A stretch of 63,676 bases of DNA, filler included, from Octopus bimaculoides (Eukaryota): NCBI RefSeq assembly GCF_001194135.2. It is 7 parts of 7 records of this genome, joined end to end, with 100 filler letters (N's around TTAATTAATTAA, not from the genome) between each part and the next. Parts side by side here need not be neighbours in the genome. Positions count along the whole stretch, not along the records: positions 44,593 to 52,187 come from NC_068985.1; positions 52,288 to 60,077 come from NW_026366615.1; positions 60,178 to 63,676 come from NC_068986.1; 4 more parts are not named here. The stretch is one strand, 5' to 3'. A program made the translations under genes and the position numbers. Below are positions 50,030 to 63,216 of the stretch, in pieces. Each line of letters begins with the position of its first letter. The first letter of the stretch is position 1. The notes beneath the pieces were generated by a model. It did no database searches. It saw only the letters and a list, made by a program, of their open reading frames with translations, and had not been told where the DNA came from.

Positions 50030-51770
50030 TCCCATACTACTCATCTGCATGCCCAAATTCCAAAATCCAAATCTTATAAAACCCATTCAAAGGCTTTTGC
50101 TCCTGTAAAATGGAGCACATGGAGCACATGAAGCTCTAAAATGTGGTAGTTAAGGCTCCTATTAGGGAGGTCTTAAAGTCAATCAGAGAAGTTGAATTGT
50201 TGGGAATCTTTTTTTAACTTGTGTCTGATATCTATTGTTCAGAGTTCTTTGAAATCGGAAATATATGAATGTTCACTGGGTTTGTCAAAGAGAGCAAAAC
50301 TACAGGAAACCGAAAGATAAATGATGACAATAATCAGTCAGCTACCCTACCTTGGTCGTTACCACTCCCCAATATAGGATTCCTGACCACGCAGGTGACT
50401 GGCAAAGCCGTAAGATGCATTACGGATCTATAGCAATTGGAAGGGGGTAACCCAACTCAAATAAACATTAACAACTGTTTGACGTGAGGGCTAAGGGGAA
50501 ATGAAAGTGTCACCTCTGGAGTTTGCCAGTGGTCACTATGCCGATAGGTTACTGAACAGAATAAATTCACAATCTATAAAGTTCTTTGAATGACCAATCA
50601 CTTATCTGGAAAGGCCTTGAAATCAATGTTAACATCTGGGGACTATCTCTAAACCAGTGATAAAAAAGTCTCAAAGGAGGTCTGCAACCAAATAACTTTA
50701 TTCAGCACTTTGAATCTGAATCAGTGGATGCAAAGTTGCCTCTCTTTTACTTGACAATTTATGCACCACATTGCAGAAATCACAATCCAAGTATATCTCA
50801 AAGCAAACTCTTACACTGTTGTACCATTGAATTACAAATAACGCTCATCTTGTATCTTCGGGTAATTCTACAGCTTCCAAGAATACAATTCTATTCGTCT
50901 TGGCTTCGGAAAAATGATTAAATTGTTTAGGGGACTTAGTAATTCCCTAAGAAGTTGAAGTTTTAGGAATATTCCGTCATTTGTGTCTAATATGTATGAT
51001 TAAAATTTCATCAACAGCAAAAATATATGAATTTTCATGGAGGTTGTGACCTCATTTATGCCCCCTCACTTTCAAATATATCCTATATTACATCCGTCCT
51101 TATGCATAGAATATAATTTCCAAATTTCATAAAGATCCATTCAGTACGTTTGATCTTGTTTTAGCTCATAAAAAATGACTAAAATTTGGGAGTTAAGGGC
51201 CCCCATTAGGGGATCTTAGAATCCTCATGAGAAGCGGAAAGTTTGGGAATATTTCTTGATATGTGTCAAATACCTATGGTTGAAATTTCATCAACATCGG
51301 AAATTTATGAATTTTCATGGCTGGTTCTTTAAGCTCTGTCAAATTCAAACCAAACATACTGCATTATACCCGCTCTTATGCATTAAATCTAAGTTCCAAA
51401 TATCATAAGGATCCGTTCAGTAATTTTGGTCCATCAAAAATGACTAAAAAATGGGAGTTATGACCCCATTAGACTCATCGAAAGAAATGGAAATTTTGGA
51501 TATATTTTAAAATTTATTTCTAATACCTATGGTTCAGATTTTATGAATGTGATTTTTCCTATATATGAACTTCATGGGAGGTTCTGCCCCCTTTATGCCT
51601 TCTCAAAATTGTATGAAACATACGCCATTACCCTTCAACCTAGGCTTGGATTTTGCGTTCCAAATTTCATTATGTTCGGTCCAGAAGTTTTCGAGTCTAT
51701 AAGTAACGCACGAACACACGAACATTCATAAAGACATTGACTTTTATATAATATACATATATATATATTT
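50030..51770 (+). mobile_element. Helentron/DINE-like non-autonomous element with about 265-bp internal tandem repeats
   Basis: Repeat unit GGGAGTTA.G.CCCCATTAG..GAAATTTCATC..TATGAATTTTCATGG at about 50145, 50920, 51188 and 51453; 3' end CCAAATTTCAT..CGGTCCAG..GACATTGACTTTTATATAATATACAT. Confidence 0.55.
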
Positions 51771-52074
51771 ATTTTAGATCCAAATTGAGGGAATGGAGCA
51801 AGTGAAATCCAAGTTATATATGTTGCAACTCTAGTTGCCAACTGTGGACAATAAAATAACATTTTTTCAACTTACCGAAATTCGATATTGGAGAAATTTA
51901 CAATCTCCTATGACACTAGACTACTACGATTTGGGAGTTGTCTTTTTATACCTTCTACGGACAGCTCGAAGCTTACTAAATTCATACACCTGGATCCTTG
52001 GCTCTTACATTGTGTATATTTACATATCATTATATGTGCGTATAAATATATATACACATGCATATACGTACACA

Positions 52075-52142
<68 letters not shown>

Positions 52143-55100
52143 CATGCATGCATACATACACACACACACACGCACACACACACACATNNNNNNNNNNNNN
52201 NNNNNNNNNNNNNNNNNNNNNNNNNNNNNNNTTAATTAATTAANNNNNNNNNNNNNNNNNNNNNNNNNNNNNNNNNNNNNNNNNNNNGGTTAATAAAGTA
52301 CTAAGGCATGTGGCTGTTAGTCCAAGGTGAGTGGAAAAAAATCATCTGTTTATTTTTCCCCTTCGATATCATGAGTAGCAACAGTAGCCATAGTAGTCAT
52401 TTTATGCAGAGTTTCTTATACACACACAGTATTGAATAATTCCATTTGTTGACTTTGCCTTAAAACTTACAAAAAACATCCTCTGAGAAGAACAATTTAG
52501 AGGTTTAGCATGGCATGGTAGAAATGGAAGAAAAGTCACTATCTTAAGGTGTTCTTGATGGGTCAAGTCCTAGGACGACCAGCTTTATTCGCTTACCACC
52601 ATATAGTAACAACATTTCTTGCTCTACAGTAAATCATAAAATTGAATAATATTACAGTGAAGTTAATAGAATTGATGGTAAATACTATTGACTGTATCTA
52701 GATATGTTTTCTTCATTACATTTATGTTGTGANNNNNNNNNNACTATTGACTGTATCTAGATATGTTTTCTTCATTACATTTATGTTGTGACTTGAATAT
52801 CCTGATACTGACATGAATCATTACAACAAATAGTTTAAAGTTTTGTCTGAAATTGCCAACCGATCGAAGGTAGACCAAGGTAAAATCATGTCAAATACAG
52901 TGTAAAATGTAATTACAGTGGCAAGTGACTACATCAGGACGACATTAATTCTAACATTTTAATCTCTCTAGCTGTTTTATTTATTCTATCATGAAACATT
53001 CTCTGCCAATAGGNNNNNNNNNNACACAGGAAACTTCAAAGTTTGAGAAGAAGAAATAAAACAAAACAAACAAACCAGTGTCTTGTTGCTACATTTGTAT
53101 GACATGGAATCGTCACATTTGTTCCTATTTTTGTCATTGGCCAATAGAAAGTAACATTGTTAGTTAATGTTGTGTTTTCATAACAAAGCACTGAAAAAGA
53201 AACAAAACATGGACATGAGAGAAGTCATTAGTGTGCTTTACATACTGATAAATACAAGTGAATAATGATAAAATGAATGTGCAAGTAATTGTGTTTCCAT
53301 CAATCAAGTAGTAGTAGTAGTAGTAGTTGGTGTTGTAATACTAATACAATAGTTTGAATGTACTGACTGATCTGAGGACAATGATATCTGATTTATTGTT
53401 AACATATATGGCGTGATACACTCATACTAACATAAAATCTGAATGTGTAACAAAGAATATTTTATCATTATTAAGTAGTCTCCCTTGAAGCGATCCTGAT
53501 TTGATATTAGTAACATGCTTTTAACCAATTCACTCAAAAGTGGTTCATCATGAATATCATTTTATCAATTTTTGTTTGAAGATAATTCATGAAAGAAATA
53601 TTTACTTGCTTAATGACAAATATACAGGGTATGGACACGTATAGGAGTGACATACAGGTAGTCAAAAGTTCATACAGGTACAAAAAGGTTCATTGAAGAA
53701 GAAGGAATTGAGTTGGATTTTCAGAATGAGAAATATTGAATTTTCAGAAAACTCAAATTTATCTACATTGAAAATGTAATTGAGAATCAAATGTCTCGGT
53801 CAATATATACATACATACGTACATAAATATATACATACATACGTTTATGAATGTGTGTGTGTGTGTTTTTCGGTGTCACTTTGGCATGTGATCTACAAGG
53901 GAGATTACAGTAGAACATAATTAGCATTGTAAATGTATTTTTTCAAACTTCTTACTATTTTAGTAATAAGAAAACCATGTTTCACTTATGTCTTTGTAAA
54001 TAATAATAAAACACCAAGAACATATCATCANNNNNNNNNNAACGTCCACTTTCCATGCTAGCATGGGTTGGACGGTTTTGACTGAAAACTAGGAAGCCGG
54101 CAGGGTGCACCAGGTTCTGATCTCACTCCAAGAGTGTAGGGTTAGAATTAAAATAAGCATGTAGATCACCCAGCAAAGTAAATTTGCTTACAAGGATCAC
54201 ACAACAAAGTAGCACTAACACAAAGTAAACTAAAATGTAACCTAAAATAATCTCCCTTTAAATTATAGTTCATATACCAAAGTGACACCTATATTTCTAT
54301 ATATCTTTGAGCAATATTTTACTAGCAACGATATATAACTGGTCAGAATACCATTGTTTCTTTTGCGTTGACTTTTACACGTCACTCCTTTTATCCTGGT
54401 GGTACATACACTCTAAGTGAACTTGTATTGGTAAAAAGTAATGGAACAAAACAGCAACAGTATTATATCAATGTTTGATGGGAGGAGGGAAAACAGTTAT
54501 CTTCTTTGGATTGGTTTGATTGGTTTAGCTATGGGTGAAAAGTACAAGTTCTGTTTTATACATATCAATAGTTCCTTTGTCAAAGAATGGATATGAACAT
54601 GTTGCCAAAACAAATTTGTGCTCTTAAGAGCTGCATCAGAAAATTTCTCTTTTTGCATTTGGGGTCACGCTCTTATGGTGTAAAGCTTTAACGAAGCGGA
54701 GCCTGTAGCTTTGACTTTCATTCAGATATGATGCAGGATGTTCCTGTAAAAGCTTACACCATTGTTAGATTCCTTGGTCAGGTGGGGTAGTTTTGCCAGA
54801 AAAGGCACACAATAAGATCGAAACACTGCAGTGTCTCGAAGATTCCTTACACCAATGTAATGAATACATATGACTACAGGGTAGGGTGCTCTGCAAATAA
54901 ACAACAACGGTTAAATCTTCATGTTTGAATCTACCAGAACTTATTAAGGATTAATAGATATGATATCATTCAAAAATGTTTTAAGCGAAATAGCTCAGAA
55001 GGGCTTGAGCCATAGATTCGGAGAGTAAGACAAAGAAAGTTATGCTAAATGCATTCTGAATGTTATACAAAACAAATCATTGATTTATTTATCTTTGTTT

Positions 55101-56147
55101 CAGGGAAGGGTAAAACACCATGTAGCAGTGATTACTACTGACTCCAAATCAAAATGGGAGATAACTCAAATAATCTGTAGGCATTGAATGACCGAGTTGT
55201 TAGTATGTCAGGCAAAATATTTCGAGATATTTCTTCCATCTCTCTAAGCTATAAGTTCAAACACTGTGAAGATCGACTTCACTTTTCATCCATTTCACGT
55301 CTATAAAACAATTACCAGTTCAAAGTGATAGATTGGATGATTTGAATACTTTCCATNNNNNNNNNNACAATTACCAGTTCAAAGTGATAGATTGGATGAT
55401 TTGAATACTTTCCATAACTTCATTCGGCATTTACAGTCTCAGTTCGAATTTAGCCTATCCCTTTTTGGATGGTAGAATTAATCCATTGCTTCGTTTTATG
55501 TTGCTGCTTAACAGTTCGGATGCCTGCAGTAGAGGAGATCAATTTGTTGTATTTGGGTCAAGTCTCTAGTGTAATATTACCTCCCTCCTTCCTTCCTCTC
55601 CACTCCCAAAGGGTCTGTAAAAGGATCATGCAAACCATTTTCCCTCTTGACTGAAAGATAAAGGAAATCTAGAATTCTCATATGTTACCATGCCATTAAG
55701 AATAAAAGCAGTACATTTCTTTTGCTGGAGGCAAGAGAAAAGCTGTGAAATAAAGTTCCTGCCTTGATATGCTTCATCAGCACAGCATTATTCTATCTTA
55801 ACCGCAGCCATACATAAGGCTTTAAAAATGTACAAAATAATTAAAAGACATTTTTTGCTTAGTATAATTTACATAATGAATGCGGAAAAAGAGAAAAGAT
55901 GAATAACTGAAAGCAGGAAATTCAATAAGGAAAATGCAAAATAATTGTTGATTTATTGAAATTATCTTCGCTTTGAAAAAAAGGTAAAACAGATATGCAC
56001 ACGCGTGTGTATCCTGCCTAAACAATACCACCTACTGATGATAATGGTGATGATATTGATGATGATAACAAGGATGATAATGGTAATGATTATAACACTA
56101 ATGATAACTGTGATTGCAGCAAGAAACAAAGGTAACACAACACTTAC

Positions 56148-56364
56148 TTTCATCAGTTAAACTCATATTGTGTTGCTGAATTCCCAAGTCACGTAATGCC
56201 AGTGATGTCTTTAGAATATCATAGAGTTTGTGCCAAATTTCATCTTTAGTAATTCCTCTTTGCACAGTGCAGTTAATAGTNNNNNNNNNNGCCAAATTTC
56301 ATCTTTAGTAATTCCTCTTTGCACAGTGCAGTTAATAGTAAATACTTCACTACTTTTCTCTGAA
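56148..56364 (-). CDS. Unassigned internal exon (158 nt after removing a gap-duplicated 49 nt and 10 N): xSEKSSEVFTINCTVQRGITKDEIWHKLYDILKTSLALRDLGIQQHNMSLTDE
   Basis: Acceptor ttctgtttcag|T, donor A|gtaagt, open 52-codon non-repetitive frame, phase 2 to phase 1. No family recognised. Confidence 0.55.
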
Positions 56365-56529
56365 CTGAAACAGAATTTTTAATAAGATTTAGAAATCATA
56401 ATTAGTGAAAATAACAGCAAATATTTTTATTACATGACAATCTAACTGATTTTAATGAAGGTCTTGTCTTAGTAACAAAAATCAAAATTTCACCCTCATA
56501 TAACACTCAACAGATAAACGTGTGTTTGT

Positions 56530-56562
<33 letters not shown>

Positions 56563-56572
56563 NNNNNNNNNN

Positions 56573-56603
<31 letters not shown>

Positions 56604-56689
56604 GCACACACACACACACGCATATATGTATATAAATATAAACATACATGCATGCAGACACACATGCATACATATAGTGTCATCTGTCA

Positions 56690-57572
56690 TTGATGACAGT
56701 CAATTAAAGATCGTCATTGAGAAAGATCCATNNNNNNNNNNAAACCACTTGAGAACTAACAAAAAACTTCAAGTTAGCCAGAAAACTAAAACTGCATGCA
56801 GCCATTTGTATGCAATTGGAAAATCAATAAAGCTCAACAAACGGGTACCACAGGATTTGAATGAAAATCAGAAAATGCTCAAATATGAGGTTTGATCATC
56901 ACTTCTTCTCTGTAACCAGAACAATCCATTTCTTGACTGTATTGTAACTTGCAATGAAAAGTGGATTTTGTACAATGATAAAAAAACGTTCTTTGCAATG
57001 GTNNNNNNNNNNNNNNNNNNNNNNNNNNNNNNNNNNNNNCCCAAGCTTTTCAAAAAGATTATGGTAACTGTTTGGTGGTGTACTGCTGGACTCATTCTCT
57101 AAAACTTCTCAAAACCTAGAAAAACCATTGTTGCAGAAGCATATTGCCATGAAATTGTCAAAATGAACAAAAAACTGCTACTATTCCATCACAGACTGGT
57201 TAAAAGAAGAGGGCCAATCATTCTTCATGACAATGCTCAACCACACATTTCACTNNNNNNNNNNCAATCATTCTTCATGACAATGCTCAACCACACATTT
57301 CACTAATGACGCTCTAGAAGTTGAGGTAACTTGGCTACAAAGTTCTTCCCCACCCAGCTGTGAGAGGAGTTAAAAAAATCAAACCGATGCTGAAAATGCA
57401 TTCAAAGAGTTCATCAGCTCCAGNNNNNNNNNNNNNNNNNNNNNNNNNNNNNNNNNNNNNNNNNNNNNNNNNNNNNGGTACTTACTTTGATGAATAAAAT
57501 TTCTGCATTGTTGAAATATATTGTGACGAATTTCAGGTTTCAAAACATTGCTTACTTTTTACTCAGCCTGAT
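56690..57572 (+). mobile_element. Decayed mariner (DD34D) transposon
   Basis: QLKIVIEKDP..KLNKRVPQDLNENQK..FLDCIVTCNEKWILY..KIMVTVWW..IILHDNAQPH; right TIR-like TTACTTTTTACTCAGCCTGATA followed by TA. Confidence 0.85.
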
Positions 57573-58289
57573 ATAACCGTGTTCGTCTAATATCTTTTCT
57601 TCTGTTGGTTGTTTGTTACTCTTCATATAAGCCATGATTACTATTGCCAAGCCATGATTACTATTGCCAAAGCTTGACCAATTTTCTATGAAAAATCTTG
57701 GATTTGCCAGAACCTGATGCATAGTTATTGAGTGTTATTGGTTAGATTTACAAGCATTCCTTGTAAATTGCTAATATCATCCACTTAAAAAAAAAAAACA
57801 GAATGCTTTCTACTTGTCACCAGACCTAGTGAGATATTTCCTTCTAACTGCAAAATCTAAAAGAAAACTATCATGCTGAAAGAAATAAGTGAGCCATTAA
57901 GGATTTTAGACACAATTATGAGAGAGTTGTGTATTCAACTGGGCAGCTAGTGAGTCATATACTAGTGGTTGTCTAAACACTGTTTTCCTTTATCAGAAGC
58001 GATAGATTTTTTCATCAGTATGCATTTATTATGGTACTTACANNNNNNNNNNCTCAGCAAGACAGAAAGGGACCTCTAGTATTTTTTCCGCTGATGCTGG
58101 ATGAGTTTCATCTGCTACTAATATATTTGTATCTTTAGGCGCAACACATCCATAAGAGATATTATATACAGACATGTATCACAGTAAATTTGTTTTTGCA
58201 GTCAATTTAAAATTATGTCTGATACAGTGATTGCTGCAACACGCAACAATCAGAATGAAAGAAAACTTAGCACCATGAAATTTTTACTC

Positions 58290-59560
58290 AACAGGCATCT
58301 TGGACACCATGCAGGGGGCTTCCATCACCTACATGGAGGATATAGTTTTGGCTCCCGCAATGAGGAGGGAACCAGGCTGATGGAGTTCTGCGATGCAAAT
58401 GANNNNNNNNNNCAAATGATCTTATGGTTTGCAATACTAACTTCAGGAAACCTGCCAGTCACGTAGTCACCTACCGATCTGGTAGACACACTAGTCAAAT
58501 TGACTACATTCTCGCCAGGAAAAGGGAAAGATGGCAGCTACTTATAAATGCCAAAACCTTCCCAGATGAAGAATGCACCTCACAACATAGACTAGTAGTT
58601 AGCGACTTCAGGATCAGGTCNNNNNNNNNNNNNNNNNNNNNNNNNNNNNNNNNNNNNNNNNNNNNNNNNNNNNNNNNNNNNNNNNNNNNNNNNNNNNNNN
58701 NNNNNNNNNNNNNNNNNNNNNNNNNNNNNNNNNNNNNNNNNNNNNNNNNNNNNNNNNNNNNNNNNNNNNNNNNNNNNNNNNNNNNNNNNNNNNNNNNNNN
58801 NNNNNNNNNNNNNNNNNNNNNNNNNNNNNNNNNNNNNNNNNNNNNNNNNNNNNNNNNNNNNNNNNNNNNNNNNNNNNNNNNNNNNNNNNNNNNNNNNNNN
58901 NNNNNNNNNNNNNNNNNNNNNNNNNNNNNNNNNNNNNNNNNNNNNNNNNNNNNNNNNNAGAACGGTGGTAGCAGGGAATTGTACCAATTTGCCAGAAGGG
59001 AAGCTAGGAGACAGGCTTATTTAGCCAGAGGAGAAGCAGATAAGAAAAGATTTGCCAATGTTCTGCNNNNNNNNNNNNNNNNNNNNNNNNNNNNNNNNNN
59101 NNNNNNNNNNNNNNNAGAATCATGATGTCGTAGGAGAGAAATGTATCCGCATGGATGATGGTTCAGCTGCATTAAATGAGGCTGCAAAGAGAAGGGCTTG
59201 GAGATGCCACTATGAAAGGTTGCTAAATGAAGAGAATTAATGGGAGAAAGTGAGTCTGCCGAATGTCGACCCAACAAAGGGANNNNNNNNNNTATCCGAA
59301 TTTATAGTATCTTGGTAGATAAAGCAATTAAGGGTATGAAGGCAGGGAAAGTTCCCGTCCCATCAGGAATCACTGCAGAGATGCTCAAACTATCAGGTGG
59401 TGTTGGCTATAGCCTAGTCACCCGCATAGTCAACCAGGTGATACATGAAGGAGTCATACTCAATGACTGGTGTAGNNNNNNNNNNCACCATAGTCAGCTG
59501 CTACAAAGGTAAAGGTGATGCATTAGATACAAATAGTTACAGAAATATCAAGTTGTTGGA
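58290..59560 (+). mobile_element. RTE-clade LINE fragment (APE endonuclease into RT), gapped and frameshifted
   Basis: HGGYSFGSRNEEGTRLMEFC..CNTNFRKPASHVVTYRSG..SQIDYIL..C.SQHRLVV; GKVP.PSGITAEMLK; YKGKGDAL..NSYR.IKLLDH. Confidence 0.88.
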
Positions 59561-60186
59561 TCACCTGAAATGTGTATATATAAATGCAAATAAGATGATA
59601 AATTATTTTTGAATGCTGGACGCCATTAGAATGACAGGAACATTGGGTAAATCATCCTTATGTTAGTTGGTTTACATTTAAAAGACTTGTGATTACACAG
59701 TTTAGCAATAAAAAGCATCTAAAATGCGTATGGATTTGTTAGTGAACAGTTTAGTTTTGTGGTTTATATTGACTGTGGCAATGTGCTTTGCTGGAATCAA
59801 TATAAGAAGGATGTAGGTACACTTTCCATGGCTGGTTGCTGAGAAATTTTTCGGCTTTGTTTGAGTGATGTACCCAATGTTCTTCTTGTTCTTATGGTGT
59901 CTAGTGTTCGGAAATAAATTTTTATCTTATAAAAACAAATGTTAGTTTGTTTACATTTATAACCCTAACTCTAATTTAGAATATATATGTATATATATTA
60001 ACAGAGAGAGAGAGAGAGATGTAGGCATGTATATATATTGATACGTATCCCTAAATATGTAGGTCTATATATATATANNNNNNNNNNNNNNNNNNNNNNN
60101 NNNNNNNNNNNNNNNNNNNNNTTAATTAATTAANNNNNNNNNNNNNNNNNNNNNNNNNNNNNNNNNNNNNNNNNNNNATAATGATG

Positions 60187-60255
<69 letters not shown>

Positions 60256-60289
60256 TTAATAATAATAAGGTTAATATCAGTGGAAGACT

Positions 60290-61035
60290 GTGTGGAGTTA
60301 GCTAGAGTAGATATATACTCCTATGTAGGTAATAATGAAGAAAGTTAATTAAAAGCTGCTAGAGGCATAGCAAGACATAGGGAAACGAAAACACCAAACG
60401 AATTTAAAAATCAGAAAAAGAACAGAAATTATCTGACTGGAAGGAGAAAGTGTTGTATCTTATATTCCCAAAGATACTTTCAGCAAATAGTAGTAGTGAG
60501 ACAGGTTTATGACTTCAGAATGGAAAGTTAAAGTAGGAGACACAAAGTTTTTAGTAGCTGCACAAGGTCAGTCATTAAGGAATAATTGGATAAAAGCCAA
60601 AATAGACAGAAACAAAGTAGATTCCCAATGTAGATTATTCAAAACAAAAAGGAAAGCGTTACTCATATATCAAGCCAATGTAGCGTGTTGGTACAGAAAG
60701 AATACTAGAAAAGACATGAGAATCTAGGGGGAGCAATTCACAGGGAGCTTTCTAAAGCTAATATAAGTTAAGAGTCCTGATTTAGTAGTAATAGATGAAG
60801 AGAATAGAAAGTGCTAGAAAATTGACTTTACAGAGAAGCATAGCAGAAATAATAAAGTACTAAGACCTAGTTATCGAATTATAGAGACTATGGAAAGTGT
60901 AGGTAAAATGTATCCCAGTAGTTATAGGTGCATTGGGAACCACCCTAAACATTTGAACAGATGGATAGAGGAAATAAGCATAAAACCCTGTAGAAAACAA
61001 GGTTATTAGCGACAGCTAAGATACTTACGAGGGTT
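60290..61035 (+). mobile_element. R4/Dong-like LINE 3' fragment flanked by (AAT)n on both sides
   Basis: LVAAQGQSLRNNWIKAKID..DSQCRL; PVVIGALG; preceded by (AAT)n at about 60178-60270 and followed by (AAC)n(AAT)n at about 61040-61143. Confidence 0.75.
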
Positions 61036-61105
61036 CAACAACAAAAAGAACAACAACAACAACAACAACAACAAAAACAACAATAACAACAACAACAACA
61101 ATAAC

Positions 61106-61145
<40 letters not shown>

Positions 61146-61208
61146 CTTTCAACTATAGGCAAAAGGCCTCAAATTTGTGGGGACCTGTCGTTTATATTAC
61201 TGGGAACC

Positions 61209-61610
61209 GAAGAAGAAGAAGAAGAAGAAGAAGAAGAAGAAGAAGAAGAAGAAGAAGAAGAAGAAGAAGAAGAAGAAGAAGAAGAAGAAGAATGGGAAGA
61301 AAAGGGAAAGGAGAAGAAGGGGAAGAAGAAGGAGAAGCAGAGGAAGAAGAAGAAGAAGGGTAACAAGAAGGGGAACTAGAGGAAGAAGGAAGAAAAGAAG
61401 GAGAAGGGGAAAAAGGAAGGGAGAGGAAGGAGTATGAGACAAAGAAGAAGAAGAAAGGGAGGAAGAAGAAGAAGAAGAAGAATAAGAATAAGAAGAAGAA
61501 GAAGAAAAAGAAGAAGAAGAAGAAGAAGAAGAAGAAGAAGAAGAAGAAGAAGAAGAAGAAGAAGAAGAAGGGGAGGCAGAAGGAGAACGGGAAGGAGAAG
61601 AGGAGAAACG
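61209..61610. repeat. (GAA)n / purine-rich trinucleotide tract
   Basis: Directly visible; source of the poly-E/K/R ORFs. Confidence 0.95.
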
Positions 61611-62399
61611 AATATCGTTATAAAATAAGATGCTATACTAAAATTAACAATATATGCTGTATAAATATATACATACGTCTATAAATAGGATACGGATAAG
61701 TATATACAAGAACTTATCTTACAGGCACATAAATAAGTTTTGTTTATTAACGTCGTTATTACAATAAGATAGTACAGGGTGAAGTCTCCACAGCCTCGTA
61801 AAATATTAGCTTATATTGTGTGCGTGCGGGCGTGCGTGTGTGTGTATGTATGTATTTAATTGTCTTGATGTGTGCATGCGTACGCCATAGCTGCAAAATA
61901 CATTACTCGCTGTTGATAGCTTATGTACTGATGTTAGGCTGTCAATTTTCAAGAATTTATTGTAAATTGGACACAATATACATATAAAATACCTAGCATA
62001 CAAAATGTACGGCTGTATATATTCGAAATGTTTCTTTTATTGTTACATGACATATTCTGTTTTTTTTTCTTCAATGATATATTAATATAGGTTATAATAG
62101 CATAAGAATGTACTTTAATATTGCGTCTTGTAAGCCATATATGTTATTTTCTAATTTGGTCATGGAATATTTATACCGAGAACAGTATTATTGAATTTAA
62201 AAAGAAATCTTATACGCGTTTAAAAATAATTTTAACTGTGGAATGTATCGTACACCACAAAAAGATGCTTGCAACTTAGAATATCTAATACTCATTTCTA
62301 TTATATGTCAGTGTATGAAAATTAAAATTTTGGACATTTGCAATTTTGATATTTATTTCGAATAAAACATTAGTTAATTACTATTTAACTCTATAGCAC

Positions 62400-62645
62400 A
62401 CACGCGCCCATGACTCAGTTGTTACAGCGTCGCGTCACAATCCTTGACTGGTCTGTGTTGGGTTCTTGAGCAAGACACTTTATTTCACGTTGCTCCAGTT
62501 CATTCAGCTGTAGATATGATTTGCAACACCACTGGCGCCAAGCTGTATCGGCTCCTTTACCTTTCCCTTGGGTAACATCAGTGGAATGGAGAGGGAAGGC
62601 TGGTATGCATGGGCGACTGCTGGCTCTTCCAAAAACAACCTTAAC
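62400..62645 (-). mobile_element. SINE family 2
   Basis: GTTCTTGAGCAAGACACTTTATTTCACGTTGCTCCAGTTCA..GCATGGGCGACTGCTGG; strand assignment is tentative. Confidence 0.55.
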
Positions 62646-63111
62646 ATCCTTTATCATTTATATATATTTTCATGTACTATTTAAACGTTGTAGTAGATGA
62701 GTACATCCATCTGATAACCAACACTGTATAACGTCTTTGTAGAGCAAGTTCTTTTAGAGAAATGTATGTTCGTATCACACTTGATCCATCTACATTTGGA
62801 TTCTTAGAGAGACAAGTGTTGACCTTTTTGTGTGCTCTTCAGTCAAAATTACATGTGACCAATGAATCTATCAGGATTGGCAGATGCTTTCTTTGTACTG
62901 TTGATTTGTTCTACAGGGTTGGTCACACATGCGATTGTCCTTAGCTGATGATCTCTAAGTTTCGGCCTATACATACATATACGTGTTTGTTCACATATAG
63001 TTCCATATACATATTAACGCTCAGACACCCCCAAATGCACACGCACATACATACATGAATATAAACACACGCACACACACACGCACACACTCACGCACAC
63101 ACACACACACA

Positions 63112-63159
<48 letters not shown>

Positions 63160-63169
63160 NNNNNNNNNN

Positions 63170-63216
<47 letters not shown>

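Noticed and set aside
54727-54782. Plus-strand candidate exon MMQDVPVKAYTIVRFLGQ and overlapping minus ORF 54722..54907
   Set aside because: No recognisable homology, and mutually conflicting candidates on both strands.
57556-57716. Open minus-strand frame (VLANPRFF..GYIRLSK) with a GTAAG donor in phase with the 56364 exon
   Set aside because: The donor lies within the mariner right TIR and the frame depends on a 20-bp tandem duplication; probably chance.
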